Below, piece by piece: positions 9,978 to 20,231 of a stretch of 64,000 nucleotides of DNA; within the stretch, counting starts at the first letter, position 1, and the number at the start of each line of letters is the position of its first letter. The notes under the pieces are model-generated. The model searched no databases. It was not told where the DNA came from and saw only the letters and a program-made list of their open reading frames with translations. Source of the DNA: an uncultured delta proteobacterium (lineage in GTDB: Bacteria > Desulfobacterota > Binatia > Binatales > Binataceae); NCBI GenBank assembly GCA_963842085.1, contig CAWJET010000001.1, positions 1 to 64,000 of the forward strand, written 5' to 3'. The translations under genes and the position numbers were made by a program.

Positions 9978-10319
9978 CTAAGCGCGCATCTCCTTGGGTG
10001 TCGGTACAGATACGCGGATTCGGGGTGGCGATGCTGAGATTGGGGCGCGCGCCGGATAGTAGTCCTGATAGCGGATGTGGCGGACGTAGACCTGGCTCAA
10101 CTGCGGATCGAACTTCGCTGCCTGGACCAACGCCCAATGGCCAACGGTCAGCAGGAACGCCCCCATCGCGACCGTGTACCAGTGGAGCCCGCCGCCGAAA
10201 ATTAAAGCGGCGGCGGTGATCCAGTTGGAGATCGCCAATGGTCGCTCCGCTCCAGCCAGCAGAATCGGGCGGGTAAGCGATTGATGAATCGCGCTTACCC
10301 GCCGCTCACTTTCAGCCAT
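9978..10319 (-). CDS. trbD: TrbD (VirB3)
   Basis: IHQSLTRPILLAGAER...AKFDPQ...Y pattern; position between trbC and trbE. Confidence 0.88.
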   Translation of the reverse strand: MAESERRVSAIHQSLTRPILLAGAERPLAISNWITAAALIFGGGLHWYTVAMGAFLLTVGHWALVQAAKFDPQLSQVYVRHIRYQDYYPARAPISASPPRIRVSVPTPKEMRA

Positions 10320-10337
10320 CGTCCTATCCTCCTCCGC

Positions 10338-10688
10338 CTAGAAGAGCGCTCCGCCCATCGGGAACAGCGTGGTCATCACTTGGGTGGCCCCAAGCGCACA
10401 GGCCCCACCGAACGCGAGCGAGGACATCTTTCGCACGCCGGTTCCATGCTCGCTGACCGACCACATGATGCCGGTACCGATGACGGCTGCGGTGGTGACC
10501 GCGTGGGCGACCGGTCCCTGCAGGTCGGTCTGCAGCGTTGTGAGCGGGGTGTCCCACGGAAGCGCTCCGCCCGCGGCGATTGCTGCGAAGGCCCTGACTG
10601 GCCAGACAAAAGTGATCATTCCGTAGGCGTAAGCAATCGATACTGCCCATTTTCTCCACGTAGCCTTTTTCCCTTCCAACCGCTTCAT
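10338..10688 (-). CDS. trbC: TrbC (VirB2) pilin
   Basis: GGALPWDTPL...LQGPVA plus two hydrophobic helices. Confidence 0.88.
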   Translation of the reverse strand: MKRLEGKKATWRKWAVSIAYAYGMITFVWPVRAFAAIAAGGALPWDTPLTTLQTDLQGPVAHAVTTAAVIGTGIMWSVSEHGTGVRKMSSLAFGGACALGATQVMTTLFPMGGALF

Positions 10689-10728
10689 TTCGCGTACCTC
10701 CTCTTAATTCGCAGATGACTTCAAAACG

Positions 10729-11716
10729 TTATTGCCCTGAGTCTTTGCTCGACTGCGTGTTTGGGGAAGTGAGTATGAATCCATCGGTCGCGCTGTATCC
10801 GTCGACACGAACCAGCTCTTTCACGCGCCGTCCTGCAGGCGTGCGGACGATGAATGCGAGCAGGTTTATCGTCTCGGCAATGAGTTCCGGCTGTGGCGGA
10901 ACGCCCGCCTCCTGGACGAGACTGGACAGCCTCGTGAGCGCGGCCTTCGCGCTGTTGGCGTGGATCGTTGTGACTCCGCCTGGATGACCGGTGTTCCACG
11001 CTTTGAGCAGCGCGAGCGCTTCGGCGCCGCGCACCTCGCCGATGATTATTCGGTCGGGGCGCAGCCGCATGGTCGTCCGTACCAGCCGCGTCATGTCCGC
11101 GGCCTCGGCGGTGTGGAGTTGGACGAGGTTCTTCGCGCGGCATTGGATTTCGAGGGTGTCCTCGATGATCACGTAGCGCTCGTTCGGATCGGAACGCTCG
11201 ACCATTTCGTTGATGAGCGCGCCCGCCAGCGTGGTCTTGCCCGAGCCGGTCCCGCCCGCGATTACGACGCTGCTGTCGCGAATCGACGGCCTCACGCAGG
11301 ATGCCGGCGTGCGCGTCGCTCAGGATCTCGTCGCGTACGTAATCGTCGAGCGTGTAGAGGACCTGGGCCGGCTTGCGCATGACGCAACACGGCTTTCGGG
11401 CAACCGGCGGAAGGAGTCCCTCGAAGCGGATTCCTCCGATCAGGAGTTCGCCTTCAACAATCGGATTGACTGAGTTCACCACGCTGCCAAGTGACGAGGC
11501 GACGGTGCCGATCAGGCTTTCGACCTGCGAAGCCGCGAGCACCAGACCGGCTTCGTGCATTCCCTTTGCGTACGATTCAAACCACACGCGGCCGTCTTCG
11601 TTGACGATGATCTCGGTGACGTTCGGATCGTCGATCGCGGCGAGAATCCGTGGGCCAAGTTGTCTCCGGAGCAGCTCGTCCAGCCGCCGCTCCTGGGTCT
11701 GCTGCGTCGAGATCAT
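10729..11716 (-). CDS. trbB: TrbB (VirB11) ATPase, +1 frameshift ~11275
   Basis: VTEIIVNEDG N-domain; GGTGSGKTT, IEDTLE, RLRPDRIIIGEVRG and TGHPGG lie in the next frame. Confidence 0.88.
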
Positions 11717-12213
11717 TCGCTGTCTCCGTGAGATTCCGCGGTGGAGTTGTCTTCTCCCCGACGCTCGCCGTTCTGGGACTCATCCGAGCTGGCAACAGGC
11801 TTCTTTCCGTTCGCGCCCGCAGATTCCATCTGCTTGATGGTGTCTTCGACCTCGAGCCGCCATCCATGGTGTCGCCGCTCTCCACTGGCCAGAGCTCGTT
11901 CGCGCTGGGCCTCGGGAATTTCCGGGAGGTGGGTCAGCATGCTCAGCGCGAATTGATCGAGCATGGCAAGGAGCATCGTCACCTGTTTGCTCAGCGGCCG
12001 GATGGCTTGGGCGATGTAGGTACGATTCGTGTCGATAATTTTCTTTTCAGTTGCGGCCAACTTGGACTCGGAAAGGCTCACGGCCGCGCGTCCGTTTGAC
12101 TGGACCAGACGCTCCTGGATGTAGCGTGAGAGCGAAAGGCCGACCGCTTCAGCCTCTTCCTTCAATCGAGCGAAGTCGTCGCCGCTGACGTACGCCGTAA
12201 GTTGTCGCCTCAA
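11713..12213 (-). CDS. CopG/ribbon-helix-helix protein
   Basis: RQLTAYVS...LSLSRYI RHH pattern in the usual traG-trbB gap of Tn4371-like ICEs. Confidence 0.65.
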   Translation of the reverse strand: MRRQLTAYVSGDDFARLKEEAEAVGLSLSRYIQERLVQSNGRAAVSLSESKLAATEKKIIDTNRTYIAQAIRPLSKQVTMLLAMLDQFALSMLTHLPEIPEAQRERALASGERRHHGWRLEVEDTIKQMESAGANGKKPVASSDESQNGERRGEDNSTAESHGDSE

Positions 12214-14319
12214 AGTAGTCTCTCCTTCTTCCGTCCGCGGTTCGTGATGGCTGCGGCGTCGGTCGCGTGGTCAACGGCAAATTTTAGAAACGCGAGCTGC
12301 GCAACCGGCTGCGGTTCTGCCGCCTTTCCGAGAGAGTTGGTTTGCGGTGCTGATCGATCCTGGGCGAGACTTTTCGTGTTCTGCGTGATCTCACAGGATA
12401 CGGACGATGCCGTCACTGCGCTCGCGGCCTTCCCGACGGTAGTTGAGTTCGCGACACGATCGCTTACCAAAGGCGCTGGAATCCTCGTGAGTCGCTTGAA
12501 AAGCCGCTCGCGGTAGTACCGGAGCTTGGCCGCGCGAATCGCCGGCAGTCCGGAGGCAAAGATCAACGCGTCGCGGGGATCTCAGGTGCATCGCCTCATC
12601 CGGGGTCAGCAATGGTCGCGCAAATTCCGGCTCCGACACGCTGGCTCCGGAACTTGAGATCGTCTGATGCACGTGGCGAACCGTGGTCTCGCCCGTCATC
12701 TGGGAGAGCAGCCGCGCGGTCTCGATGCCGTTCGGCCTGAACGCCACGCGCGTGTCGCAGTTCGACGTGATCGTCTCGTCATGGCCGTAGGCGCCACGAA
12801 TCTGCGTAATGTCCTGGGCGATCAGGCAGGCCTTGATCCCGTATCCGGCGATCAGCGACAGCGATTTGGCGAACATGTCGAGGCGCCCGAGTGTCGGGAA
12901 TTCGTCGATCATCAGAAGGAGCCGGTGTCGGTAGCCTGCGACCGCACGCCCATCGCGGTATTCAAGTCGCTCCGTCAGCCGGTTCAGGATCTGGGCCAGC
13001 ACCAGCCGCATGAGTGGCCTCATACGGTCCTGATCGGCGACCGTGACCGCGATATATAGCGAAAGCGGCCGGCGGTGATTGACCAGATCGTCGATGCGAA
13101 AGTCCGAAACGGCGGTGTTGGCCGCGATCACCGGGTCGCGGTAGAGCCGCAGAAAGCCCTTCACCTCCGAGATGACCGAAGCCCGCTCCTTCTCCGCCAT
13201 GTCGAGCAAACTGCGCATCCCTCCGGCCACCAACGGATGAGTCCTAGTCGGATTGCCGTGCGCGTCCTTCCAGCCGAGAGCGCCCGTGGGGTCATGTTCG
13301 GCGCGCATCAGGTGCTCGATGGTTTCGTCGGCTTTCCGTTCCGGATCGAAAAGCAAGTTGCCGACTCCGCCAAGCGTAGGTTCGCGTCCTTCATAGAGCC
13401 TGTGGAGGATGAACGCCTCGAACGCCTCCGAGCCGGCGCGCGACCAGTGGTCCGGGAGTCCGCGGCCGTCGGGGTCCAGCAACAGCTGCACGATGTTCTG
13501 AACGTCGCGCACCTCGTAAGGTGTGCGCAGCCGCACCTCGGCGAGCGGGTTGAAACGTGCCAGCCCCGATTCGGGTGAGGCTGGCTCGAACTTGAGGCAG
13601 AGCTGGCGCAGGCGCTTGCGGGCACCGGCAGTCAGGGCCCAGTTCTCGCCCTTGAGGTCGTGAACGATGACAGAGTGCGGCCATGTCAGCAGCGTCGGGA
13701 TCACGATCCCTCTGCCCTTTCCGCTCTGCGTGGGCGCGAAGACGAGGATGTGCGTGCGACCGCACTCACGGATGTGCGATCGTCGCCATACACCCAGATA
13801 AACGCCAGCGCGTTGCGCGAAAGGTTTTAGAAGTTTCGCGCGCTCGGCGATCCTGCGAAGCCTCCGCGGCAGAAAGCGGCGTTTGTCTACGAGTCCGGCC
13901 GCTCGAAGATCCCTGGTGTTGGCCCAGCGTGCTGATCCATGCAGATCGGATGGATTCTGGAACCATCCATGCCGGGCGACTGCAATCGCGCCCATCGCGA
14001 CTGCGGTCAGCGTAACCATCGGGTAGACCGCCTCACGCACGCACAGATCCCAGAGTGGCGCGAGGGTCGGGTCGGAGTGCCAGCGTAACCACCAAACCAT
14101 CCAGTTCCACGGACGGTAGAGCGATCCGACCGGCGGAAAATCGCACCACGGCTGGCCGAGCGCCGGCGAGTAGCCGAAGAGTCGTGCGGCATGTTGAGTC
14201 GTCATCCAGTTGACCACCACGAACACCGATCCCAGCGAGAGCAGGACGACAATCTTGATCTGACTGAGACGCGTGTCGGCCGCTGTGCCTGAGAGGCGAT
14301 AGGGGCGTTGTTCAGCCAT
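12210..14319 (-). CDS. traG: Type IV coupling protein TraG/VirD4, +1 frameshift ~12575
   Basis: HGSARWA, APTQSGKG, HDLKGEN, FNPLAEVR, LMIDEFPTLG, RPLLTPDE. Confidence 0.9.
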
Positions 14320-15343
14320 TGCGATCCCTCGTTTTGTCGAAGCCGCGATCAAGTCCACGATCGATGTCGCGCGGCTGGCTGCGCGCCCGGCTCTTGATGA
14401 TGTCTTTCGAGATCTGGCGTTCACGAAGATCGCGCTCGTGGTCTTGCGAGAGCTTCCAGCTTGCCTCACCAACACGCTGGGCGAGGCCCATGCCTTCGAG
14501 GAACTGCAATCGCGCCACGTCCTGCTCCGCCCTCACGCGGGCGGCATCGCTGCGCGGTTGGAACTGCTCGTAACTTACGAGACCGGACTCGTTCGCCTTG
14601 CGTTGCAGCGATCGGTCAATTTCGGTCCATTGCTCTTTTCGGATCACGCGCTCGCGCGCATGCAGCACCTCGGGTTCGAGTCGCGGCCCAAGCTCCCTCG
14701 TTGCGATCTCCTGGCTTCGCCCGCGCATGCCGAGCTTCAGGTATTCGCGGTCGATCTGCAGAGTCCGTCCGTCGTCTCGAACGCCTCGCACTAGGAGATG
14801 GACATGGGCGTCGTCGGTGTTGTGATGATCGATTGCGACCCACTGAAGCTTCGTATCGAGATCGCGCTCCATCTGTTCGACCAGGCCACGCACGTGTTCC
14901 CGAAGATCCAGCCTTGAGGCGTCCTCCGGTGAGACGATGAAGCGCCAGAGCAACTCGTCGTGTTTCTCCCAGTCGCGCACGAGCGGGACCATATCCAGCC
15001 CGTCATGCTCGGCATCAAAGCCCCTACCCTTTCCCTGTTCCTGCTGCGCTCCTTCGCGTGACAGGTAGCGGGCGTGAGCGGCCCAACCGCCGGTATGGTC
15101 GTTGCGCTTGAACGACGCTTTGACCACGGAACGGCGGGAGTAGACGTGCGGGTCCAGCGCGACTCGCCGCCACGTCTGCCCGCCGCTGAGACTGCCCCAC
15201 GATTGGCGTCGAATTCCCCACCTTACCCGCACTCGCCGCAACGCAACCGCCCACCACGGAATCAGCGGGCGCGGACGCTCCGTCGGCGCGAGACGGAGCT
15301 TGATATCGACCTCCTTCTGGCCGAAGAACCTACGCCGGCTCAT
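14312..15343 (-). CDS. VirD2-like (MOBP, DUF3363-type) relaxase
   Basis: RRSVVKA...AHARYLSREG (motif I Tyr), RFIVSPED, WVAIDHHNTDDAHVHLLVRG (HUH). Confidence 0.88.
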   Translation of the reverse strand: MSRRRFFGQKEVDIKLRLAPTERPRPLIPWWAVALRRVRVRWGIRRQSWGSLSGGQTWRRVALDPHVYSRRSVVKASFKRNDHTGGWAAHARYLSREGAQQEQGKGRGFDAEHDGLDMVPLVRDWEKHDELLWRFIVSPEDASRLDLREHVRGLVEQMERDLDTKLQWVAIDHHNTDDAHVHLLVRGVRDDGRTLQIDREYLKLGMRGRSQEIATRELGPRLEPEVLHARERVIRKEQWTEIDRSLQRKANESGLVSYEQFQPRSDAARVRAEQDVARLQFLEGMGLAQRVGEASWKLSQDHERDLRERQISKDIIKSRARSQPRDIDRGLDRGFDKTRDRNG

Positions 15344-15722
15344 GCGTCGACTCCGTGAGCAATGCGCTCAAGCTGGCAATGAGTTGCGCCGAATTCTCCG
15401 GCGCGTGTTCGTGCAGTGCCTCGATGATTTCTCTGACCTGCGCACTGCTGAGTGTGACCGAATGAAGTTCCTTTGCGCGGCTCCACGACTTCCACGCGCG
15501 CTTGCTGGTGGCCCGCTCCTCGAGCCGCTCTCGTCCGGCCGCTGCGACCCGCGCGCGCTGCGCCGCATCGAGGGTTGCGCTCTCGTGCGAGACGCTGAGT
15601 AACGCTCCGAGCAGGAAGTCTGGGGGCTCGCGGTCAAGGCCGGCTATTGCTACCAATCCGCCAAGATTGGCGAGGTGATGGACTCTGAGTCCTTGCTCGT
15701 GGCTATGTCCGTTCGTCGCCAT
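15330..15722 (-). CDS. TraD-like conjugal transfer accessory protein
   Basis: RVHHLANLGGLVAIAGL...LLGALL resembles the Ti-plasmid TraD family. Confidence 0.6.
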   Translation of the reverse strand: MATNGHSHEQGLRVHHLANLGGLVAIAGLDREPPDFLLGALLSVSHESATLDAAQRARVAAAGRERLEERATSKRAWKSWSRAKELHSVTLSSAQVREIIEALHEHAPENSAQLIASLSALLTESTHEPA

Positions 15723-15725
15723 GAT

Positions 15726-16232
15726 TCACCAAGTGAGAACCGGCTTGAGCGCGGCTCGAACTTCTGAAAGCGGAACCGGTCCGAAGTAGCGCGCGTCCCA
15801 GCTCCGCACGTTATGGAAGCCGAACAGCCAGACCTCGCCCGGCGCGACCTGGCGCCTGCCCCAAGGTACATGTGGCAATGGTCGGCCTATGCTGTCGTGT
15901 GCTGCGACGGCGCTGTCTGCGAACACCTGTCCGTCGACGGAAACCCATCCGGGCTGCACTTCCAAAACGTCACCGGGAAGGGCTCCAACAATCTTCGCGA
16001 CCGGCTCGGCTCCGCTCGGGCAATCGCCTTGTTGAAGGTAACCGCGAGCGAGTCCTTCCTGTGCGATCGATGCCGGCAAGCAGGCACCAACGAGCTCGCC
16101 GTGTTTGACGGATACTCCGCGTACGATCCGGTAAATCCCTGCTGGTGCGGCGCTGTCGGTGAGTGAAATGCGCAGACCAAGGACCCTGCCCAGCGCGACC
16201 AAGAAGGCCACTGCAATCACTGGTCCGAGCAT
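15726..16232 (-). CDS. traF: S26-family pilin-processing peptidase TraF
   Basis: TDSAAPAGIY, GDCPSGAEPVAKIVGALPGD, SWDARYFGP; start approximate. Confidence 0.85.
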   Translation of the reverse strand: MLGPVIAVAFLVALGRVLGLRISLTDSAAPAGIYRIVRGVSVKHGELVGACLPASIAQEGLARGYLQQGDCPSGAEPVAKIVGALPGDVLEVQPGWVSVDGQVFADSAVAAHDSIGRPLPHVPWGRRQVAPGEVWLFGFHNVRSWDARYFGPVPLSEVRAALKPVLTW

Positions 16233-16384
16233 CGCCAAGACGGGTCTGCGCGCGTGCCGAAAACACTCGAAATGCAGCCTTGGAACGACCCGCTCCGAGG
16301 CGATTTTCGCCGTACTGTACAGTTGGCCGACCAGGATGCTCTCAAGTGGGGGAAAGGCCGTGAGAAGTTTGGAGAAAACGGAGG

Positions 16385-16420
16385 ATCTGCGGCACTGCAC
16401 CGCAGATGCTTTATCTTGCT
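16385..16420 (+). other. Candidate oriT
   Basis: Perfect IR ATCTGCGG-N7-CCGCAGAT followed by GCTTTATCTTGCT, similar to the MOBP nic consensus (TATCCTG/C); intergenic upstream of traF-relaxase. Confidence 0.6.
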
Positions 16421-16554
16421 CTACGAACGAACGCCCTTTACCCCACTCCTTCACCACTCCGAACACACCACTCAGAGCCCTCCGTCCGCCCGCACGAAAT
16501 CTCTGCAGTTCGATCATAGATCGCACTCCATCCCGAACTCCGACGCACATCGCT

Positions 16555-16854
16555 TCACACTCCGCCCTGACCATCAGCAGCGCCGGCGGGAAGCATCCGA
16601 TCTGAATGTGCCAGTCCGTTCGCTTTTGCAGGCTTTCGAGAACGGTCTCTCCCCGCGGTCTTCCCCTCCAACCCATCCATCTCGTCGCGCATCTGTCGCG
16701 TCAGGCGAATGATCGATTCGCAGATTGTCGCGTTCAGATCGAAACCCGCCTCACTGGTGCGCTCGCGCAGCCGATCGATCTCCGCCTTCACCGAAGCCGG
16801 GACGCGCAACGTGATCGTCTCGGTCGGTTCTTCCTTGCGTTTCAGCACTCCCAT
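16555..16854 (-). CDS. Ribbon-helix-helix protein next to oriT
   Basis: ETITLRVPASVKAEIDRL RHH pattern; AAGGAG RBS. Confidence 0.65.
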   Translation of the reverse strand: MGVLKRKEEPTETITLRVPASVKAEIDRLRERTSEAGFDLNATICESIIRLTRQMRDEMDGLEGKTAGRDRSRKPAKANGLAHSDRMLPAGAADGQGGV

Positions 16855-16875
16855 CGCCCTTCTCCTTGAATCGGT

Positions 16876-16932
16876 TTTGTGTACGTTTCGTGCACAATCG
16901 CGCATACGCTCCGTGTACGATTTGTGTACGTT
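16876..16932. promoter_or_regulatory. Repeated GTGTACG sites (probable RHH operator)
   Basis: TTTGTGTACGTT at 16876 and 16921, GTGTACG at 16913, inverted CGTGCACAA at 16889. Confidence 0.55.
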
Positions 16933-18095
16933 CAGCCTTTGTAGGCCGCCGGAAACACGAGGTCCTCTGTGACCATCACGTTGAACTGGTAGCCGGGCCG
17001 GATCTCGATCGTCGGTGGGCGATTCATCCCCTGGCCGATCATCTGCTGACCCACGGAGCCGAACTGTCCTGAGGCAGCTGAACCGGCCGTCTGACTCGCC
17101 ATCGCCCACTGGTTCGGCTGTGAGTACCCGTAGGGACCGTAAGTGCCACCGCCTCCGAACGTCGCCATCTGTCCGACCATCTGGCCGGCGCTGATAAGAC
17201 TCATGACCGCCGCGGTGCCAAACGTTCTCAAGTAGTGGTTGTTCACTTCGTCGGTGAAACCCGAGTAGCCGCCCTGGTCGGCTCCCGGCATCTGCGGGAG
17301 ATCCATGCTCGAGGTGTTCGGGAAGATGAGCCGCTGCCATGCGATCTCGACGCGTTGCTGACCATAAGTGGAAGCGTTCTGGTATATGCCGATGAGCCTG
17401 CTGCCCTGCGGGACCAGCAGGTATTTTCCGGTGGCGCTGTCGAAGACGTTCTGACTGACCTGGGCGAGGATCGGCCCCGGCAAGTCCGAGTTGATCCCGC
17501 TCACGAGTACGGCGGGAATCACGCTTCCCGCCATCACCGAGAACGCCGATGCGGGCGGGTGAAGCGTCACGGCCTGATCAGTGGAATTGCCAACGTTGAA
17601 GTTCGTGCCTTGCTGGCCATTTGTGCGGGCGATTTCCAGCGTCCCGCCATCGTGGAACGCGGAGACCATCTGCGGCGATTCAAGCGCCTTCATGTACTTC
17701 TCTTCCGCCCACTGCGCGTAACGGCTGGGCGGTCGCGGCGGTGTCTGTTGGATGGGCGCTTGTACGGTCGCGACGACCGCTGGAGGTGGTACGAAAGTTG
17801 GTGCTGCGAGCCGTTTGCCGCCGTTCGCGGCGAGGTCCGCGATCTCTCCGTTGTCGCGTGCAGATGCTCCGGGATCGTCAGCGGGCTTCTGTAGCGCACT
17901 CTGCCCGATACCGGACGACTCCACGCCCAGCGCCACCACCACGCCGCTCACAATCGCGACGACGGCGAAGGTAATCAGTATGAGCCTGTTGAATCGACCG
18001 CCTCCGGGGTGCTCCTGCTCCAGCAAGCCTTCCGGTTCGTCCCGAAGATCGCCCTGGCCGTCGAGTCTGATATCCTCAGTCGCCATGGTTCTCAC
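16932..18095 (-). CDS. trbI: TrbI (VirB10)
   Basis: AGSVIPAVLVSGINSDLPG, VPQGSRLIG, GADQGGYSG, PTIEIRPG. Confidence 0.93.
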   Translation of the reverse strand: MRTMATEDIRLDGQGDLRDEPEGLLEQEHPGGGRFNRLILITFAVVAIVSGVVVALGVESSGIGQSALQKPADDPGASARDNGEIADLAANGGKRLAAPTFVPPPAVVATVQAPIQQTPPRPPSRYAQWAEEKYMKALESPQMVSAFHDGGTLEIARTNGQQGTNFNVGNSTDQAVTLHPPASAFSVMAGSVIPAVLVSGINSDLPGPILAQVSQNVFDSATGKYLLVPQGSRLIGIYQNASTYGQQRVEIAWQRLIFPNTSSMDLPQMPGADQGGYSGFTDEVNNHYLRTFGTAAVMSLISAGQMVGQMATFGGGGTYGPYGYSQPNQWAMASQTAGSAASGQFGSVGQQMIGQGMNRPPTIEIRPGYQFNVMVTEDLVFPAAYKG

Positions 18096-19046
18096 CTCGC
18101 CGCTCCCGCGTAGCTGATCGTCACTCGGTCCTGATCGCGTCCGACTCCTGATACGAGAATTGCGTCGGTGACTAAGCGGTCGACGACGTAGTAGTTGCCC
18201 TTGACCCGGTAGTTCACCATCTGGGTTCCGCTGCCTGCGTTCACAAGCAGCGCCGGCGCTTCACTCGACTTCATTCCCGGTGGCATCTGGATGTACACGT
18301 GCGAACCGTCATCGAAGGCGCGAATCGGTTTCCACGGAACGTTCGCTCCGCCCACCGTGTATGCGAAGTTGAGTTGTGCCGGATCGACGTTGGCAACCTT
18401 CACGACGTTGCCGGAGTCATCGCCCGGCGGATCGGCCGCGGCATCCTGTTGTGCCTTGGCGGCGGAGTCGGCATTTTTCATCGCCGTCATCAGCTCGTCG
18501 GGGTAGTAGAACTCGACCTCCTGCACCGCGTGGCTTCCGCGCGAGCGGAGCAGCAAGTGGTAGATGTGCTTCGTCGTGTAGATCGTAAGGTTGGTCTGGA
18601 TGCCCGGAGCTTGCGGCTTAACTGCGAGATGCGGCACAGGGTTTCGCGGGTCTCCCGAGGAAGCGGGCGTTGCCATCCAGCGCTCGCTGTCACCAATCGC
18701 AACGTCGGTGATCGTCTCTCCTGGCTGCAGCTGAATGTCTGAAGTTCGTAGCGGCTCGCAATCGAGTGCCGGCTGGGGGCCTTGGTTATACGGATAGAGC
18801 GTGTAACCCGGTGTTCTGTAGATCGCCCAATCGCCGCTCTTGTCGTGCTCTTTGATCGCCTGCTGAACCTCGGGCGGCTGTGCTGCAAGGATCTGCTCCG
18901 GAGTTGGCAGAGCTGGCGGCGCTTCCGCTTTCGGTTCGGCTTCGGTGACCAGGTTGAGCGGTGGCGGTGTTGGCGGCTGCTTCGCCGCGCATGCTCCCAA
19001 CGTCAGCGCCAAGCGTGAATGCTCCCGCGATGGCGATCCGTCTCAT
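18092..19046 (-). CDS. trbG: TrbG (VirB9), +1 frameshift in the signal peptide
   Basis: DIQLQPGE, GDSERW, TNLTIYT, WKPIRAFDDGSHVYIQMP, VNYRV; LGAC lipobox. Confidence 0.88.
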
Positions 19047-19077
19047 CGCTCTGCCTCCTACTCGTCTTGTTGCCGGC

Positions 19078-19746
19078 CTAACCTTGCTGTTCGGTCCAGC
19101 TGATCTGCGTTACGCAAAACCCGAGAGGGTTGCTGACGATCGCGTCATCGGAACTCGGCGAAACAATTTCGGTTTCAAGCGCCGCCTCCCAATGGGACGG
19201 TGACCCGACCGCGACGCCGTTCAGGTCACGCTGCTGCTCGGTCCATCGCACCTGATAGCTGCGCGGCGAGAGCTGAAGGATCGAATCGATCTGAACCGAG
19301 ACGGTCTGCTTCTCGGCGATCTTGAACGGGTTATGGGAGAAATTGTCGGAGTGGTAGTACTCGTCGAGAAACCGGTCCGCGGCGCCGCGCGTATGCGCGA
19401 GCAGCGCGTTGAGCGTCTGATGCTCTACCTGCGCATCGCTGGTGACCGAGCGAGCGTCGCGAATGAAGGCCGCTACCTCGTAGCGTTCCATTCGCGCGGT
19501 CACGTCCGGCAGGGCCACCGGCGTGAGGGGTTGCGGGACCGTCAGCGCGTATCCCAGCTTGTCGACTTCGACGACATACGGGATGTAGCGGCTCCGTTCG
19601 CTCAGCCAGACCATTCCGCTGGCGAGAATCAGACCAAGGACCAGAAGTCCGCCTGCGGCAATCTGCCAGTTACGTTTGCCGAGAACGAGGTCGGCGTATC
19701 GCTCATCCCATTCTCGACGCGCTTCGAGATAGACGTTGCTCTCCAT
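19078..19746 (-). CDS. trbF: TrbF (VirB8-like)
   Basis: YLEARREWDERY...NWQ, PYVVEVDKLG, SYQVRWTE, NPLG. Confidence 0.92.
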   Translation of the reverse strand: MESNVYLEARREWDERYADLVLGKRNWQIAAGGLLVLGLILASGMVWLSERSRYIPYVVEVDKLGYALTVPQPLTPVALPDVTARMERYEVAAFIRDARSVTSDAQVEHQTLNALLAHTRGAADRFLDEYYHSDNFSHNPFKIAEKQTVSVQIDSILQLSPRSYQVRWTEQQRDLNGVAVGSPSHWEAALETEIVSPSSDDAIVSNPLGFCVTQISWTEQQG

Positions 19747-19813
19747 ACCGACGCCTCACCGCAGAAATTCCGAACTCACACATCAAAGTGCGGCTCGCTG
19801 GATTTGTTGGTTG

Positions 19814-19829
19814 AGCAAGTTCCTTGCCA
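19814..19829 (-). promoter_or_regulatory. Sigma-54 (-24/-12) promoter upstream of trbF
   Basis: TGGCAA-GGAAC-TTGCT (GG-N10-GC), ~70 bp upstream of the trbF ATG. Confidence 0.65.
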
Positions 19830-20033
19830 TTAGCGGACCGCGAGCGAGGAGCGAGAAATGGAATCCACAAAAAGTAGTGCAGTGTTCGAACTGTTTAGCG
19901 GAGCGAAAAAGTAGAGACCCTGACTCGTGCGGCTAGTCGAACACCCGCCGACGGAGTGTTTGTCAGCGTTAGATCGAGGCGGATAATATGCTCACAGATT
20001 GAGGAGCATCTTCGCGGGACTCAGCGGGCGATT

Positions 20034-20055
20034 TTAGTGCCCACTTAGTGCCCAC
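20034..20055 (+). repeat. Tandem 11-bp repeat, probable integrase arm-type sites
   Basis: TTAGTGCCCAC x2, 100 bp inside the att core; a related pair lies at 42744-42765. Confidence 0.7.
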
Positions 20056-20154
20056 TTTCGGATTTTTCAGCATGGTCTGAGATGATGTCATTCGCTGAAA
20101 CTCTTATATTTCCTGCGTTATATGACGTGAGCTGATCTCGGAAAACACCCCTTG

Positions 20155-20209
20155 CAGGACTTAGGATCCGGTGCCGCAAGGCGTGGGGGTTCAAGTCCCC
20201 CCTCTCGCA
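20155..20209 (+). other. attR: 3' half of tRNA-Leu(TAG)
   Basis: CAGGACTTAGGATCCGGTGCCGCAAGGCGTGGGGGTTCAAGTCCCCCCTCTCGCA; no 5' half upstream; host-like DNA downstream. Confidence 0.85.
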
Positions 20210-20231
20210 TTCTGAATCCTGTCTATAGACG

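Larger units (their letters stand above)
1..20171. mobile_element. Right part of a P-type (Tn4371-like machinery) integrative conjugative element
   Basis: trb/traG/relaxase/oriT module, TA and IS cargo, tRNA 3' fragment and arm repeats at the right edge. Left boundary and integrase are not in the window; 1-5195 may be a separate nested element. Confidence 0.75.

Noticed and set aside
20120-20209. Complete tRNA-Leu(TAG)
   Set aside because: No GCGAGAG 5' acceptor strand or D-arm upstream; only the 3' half is present.
5139-20209. The two tRNA-Leu halves as attL/attR of one 15-kb element
   Set aside because: They are inverted, have different loops and acceptor stems, and enclose no integrase.
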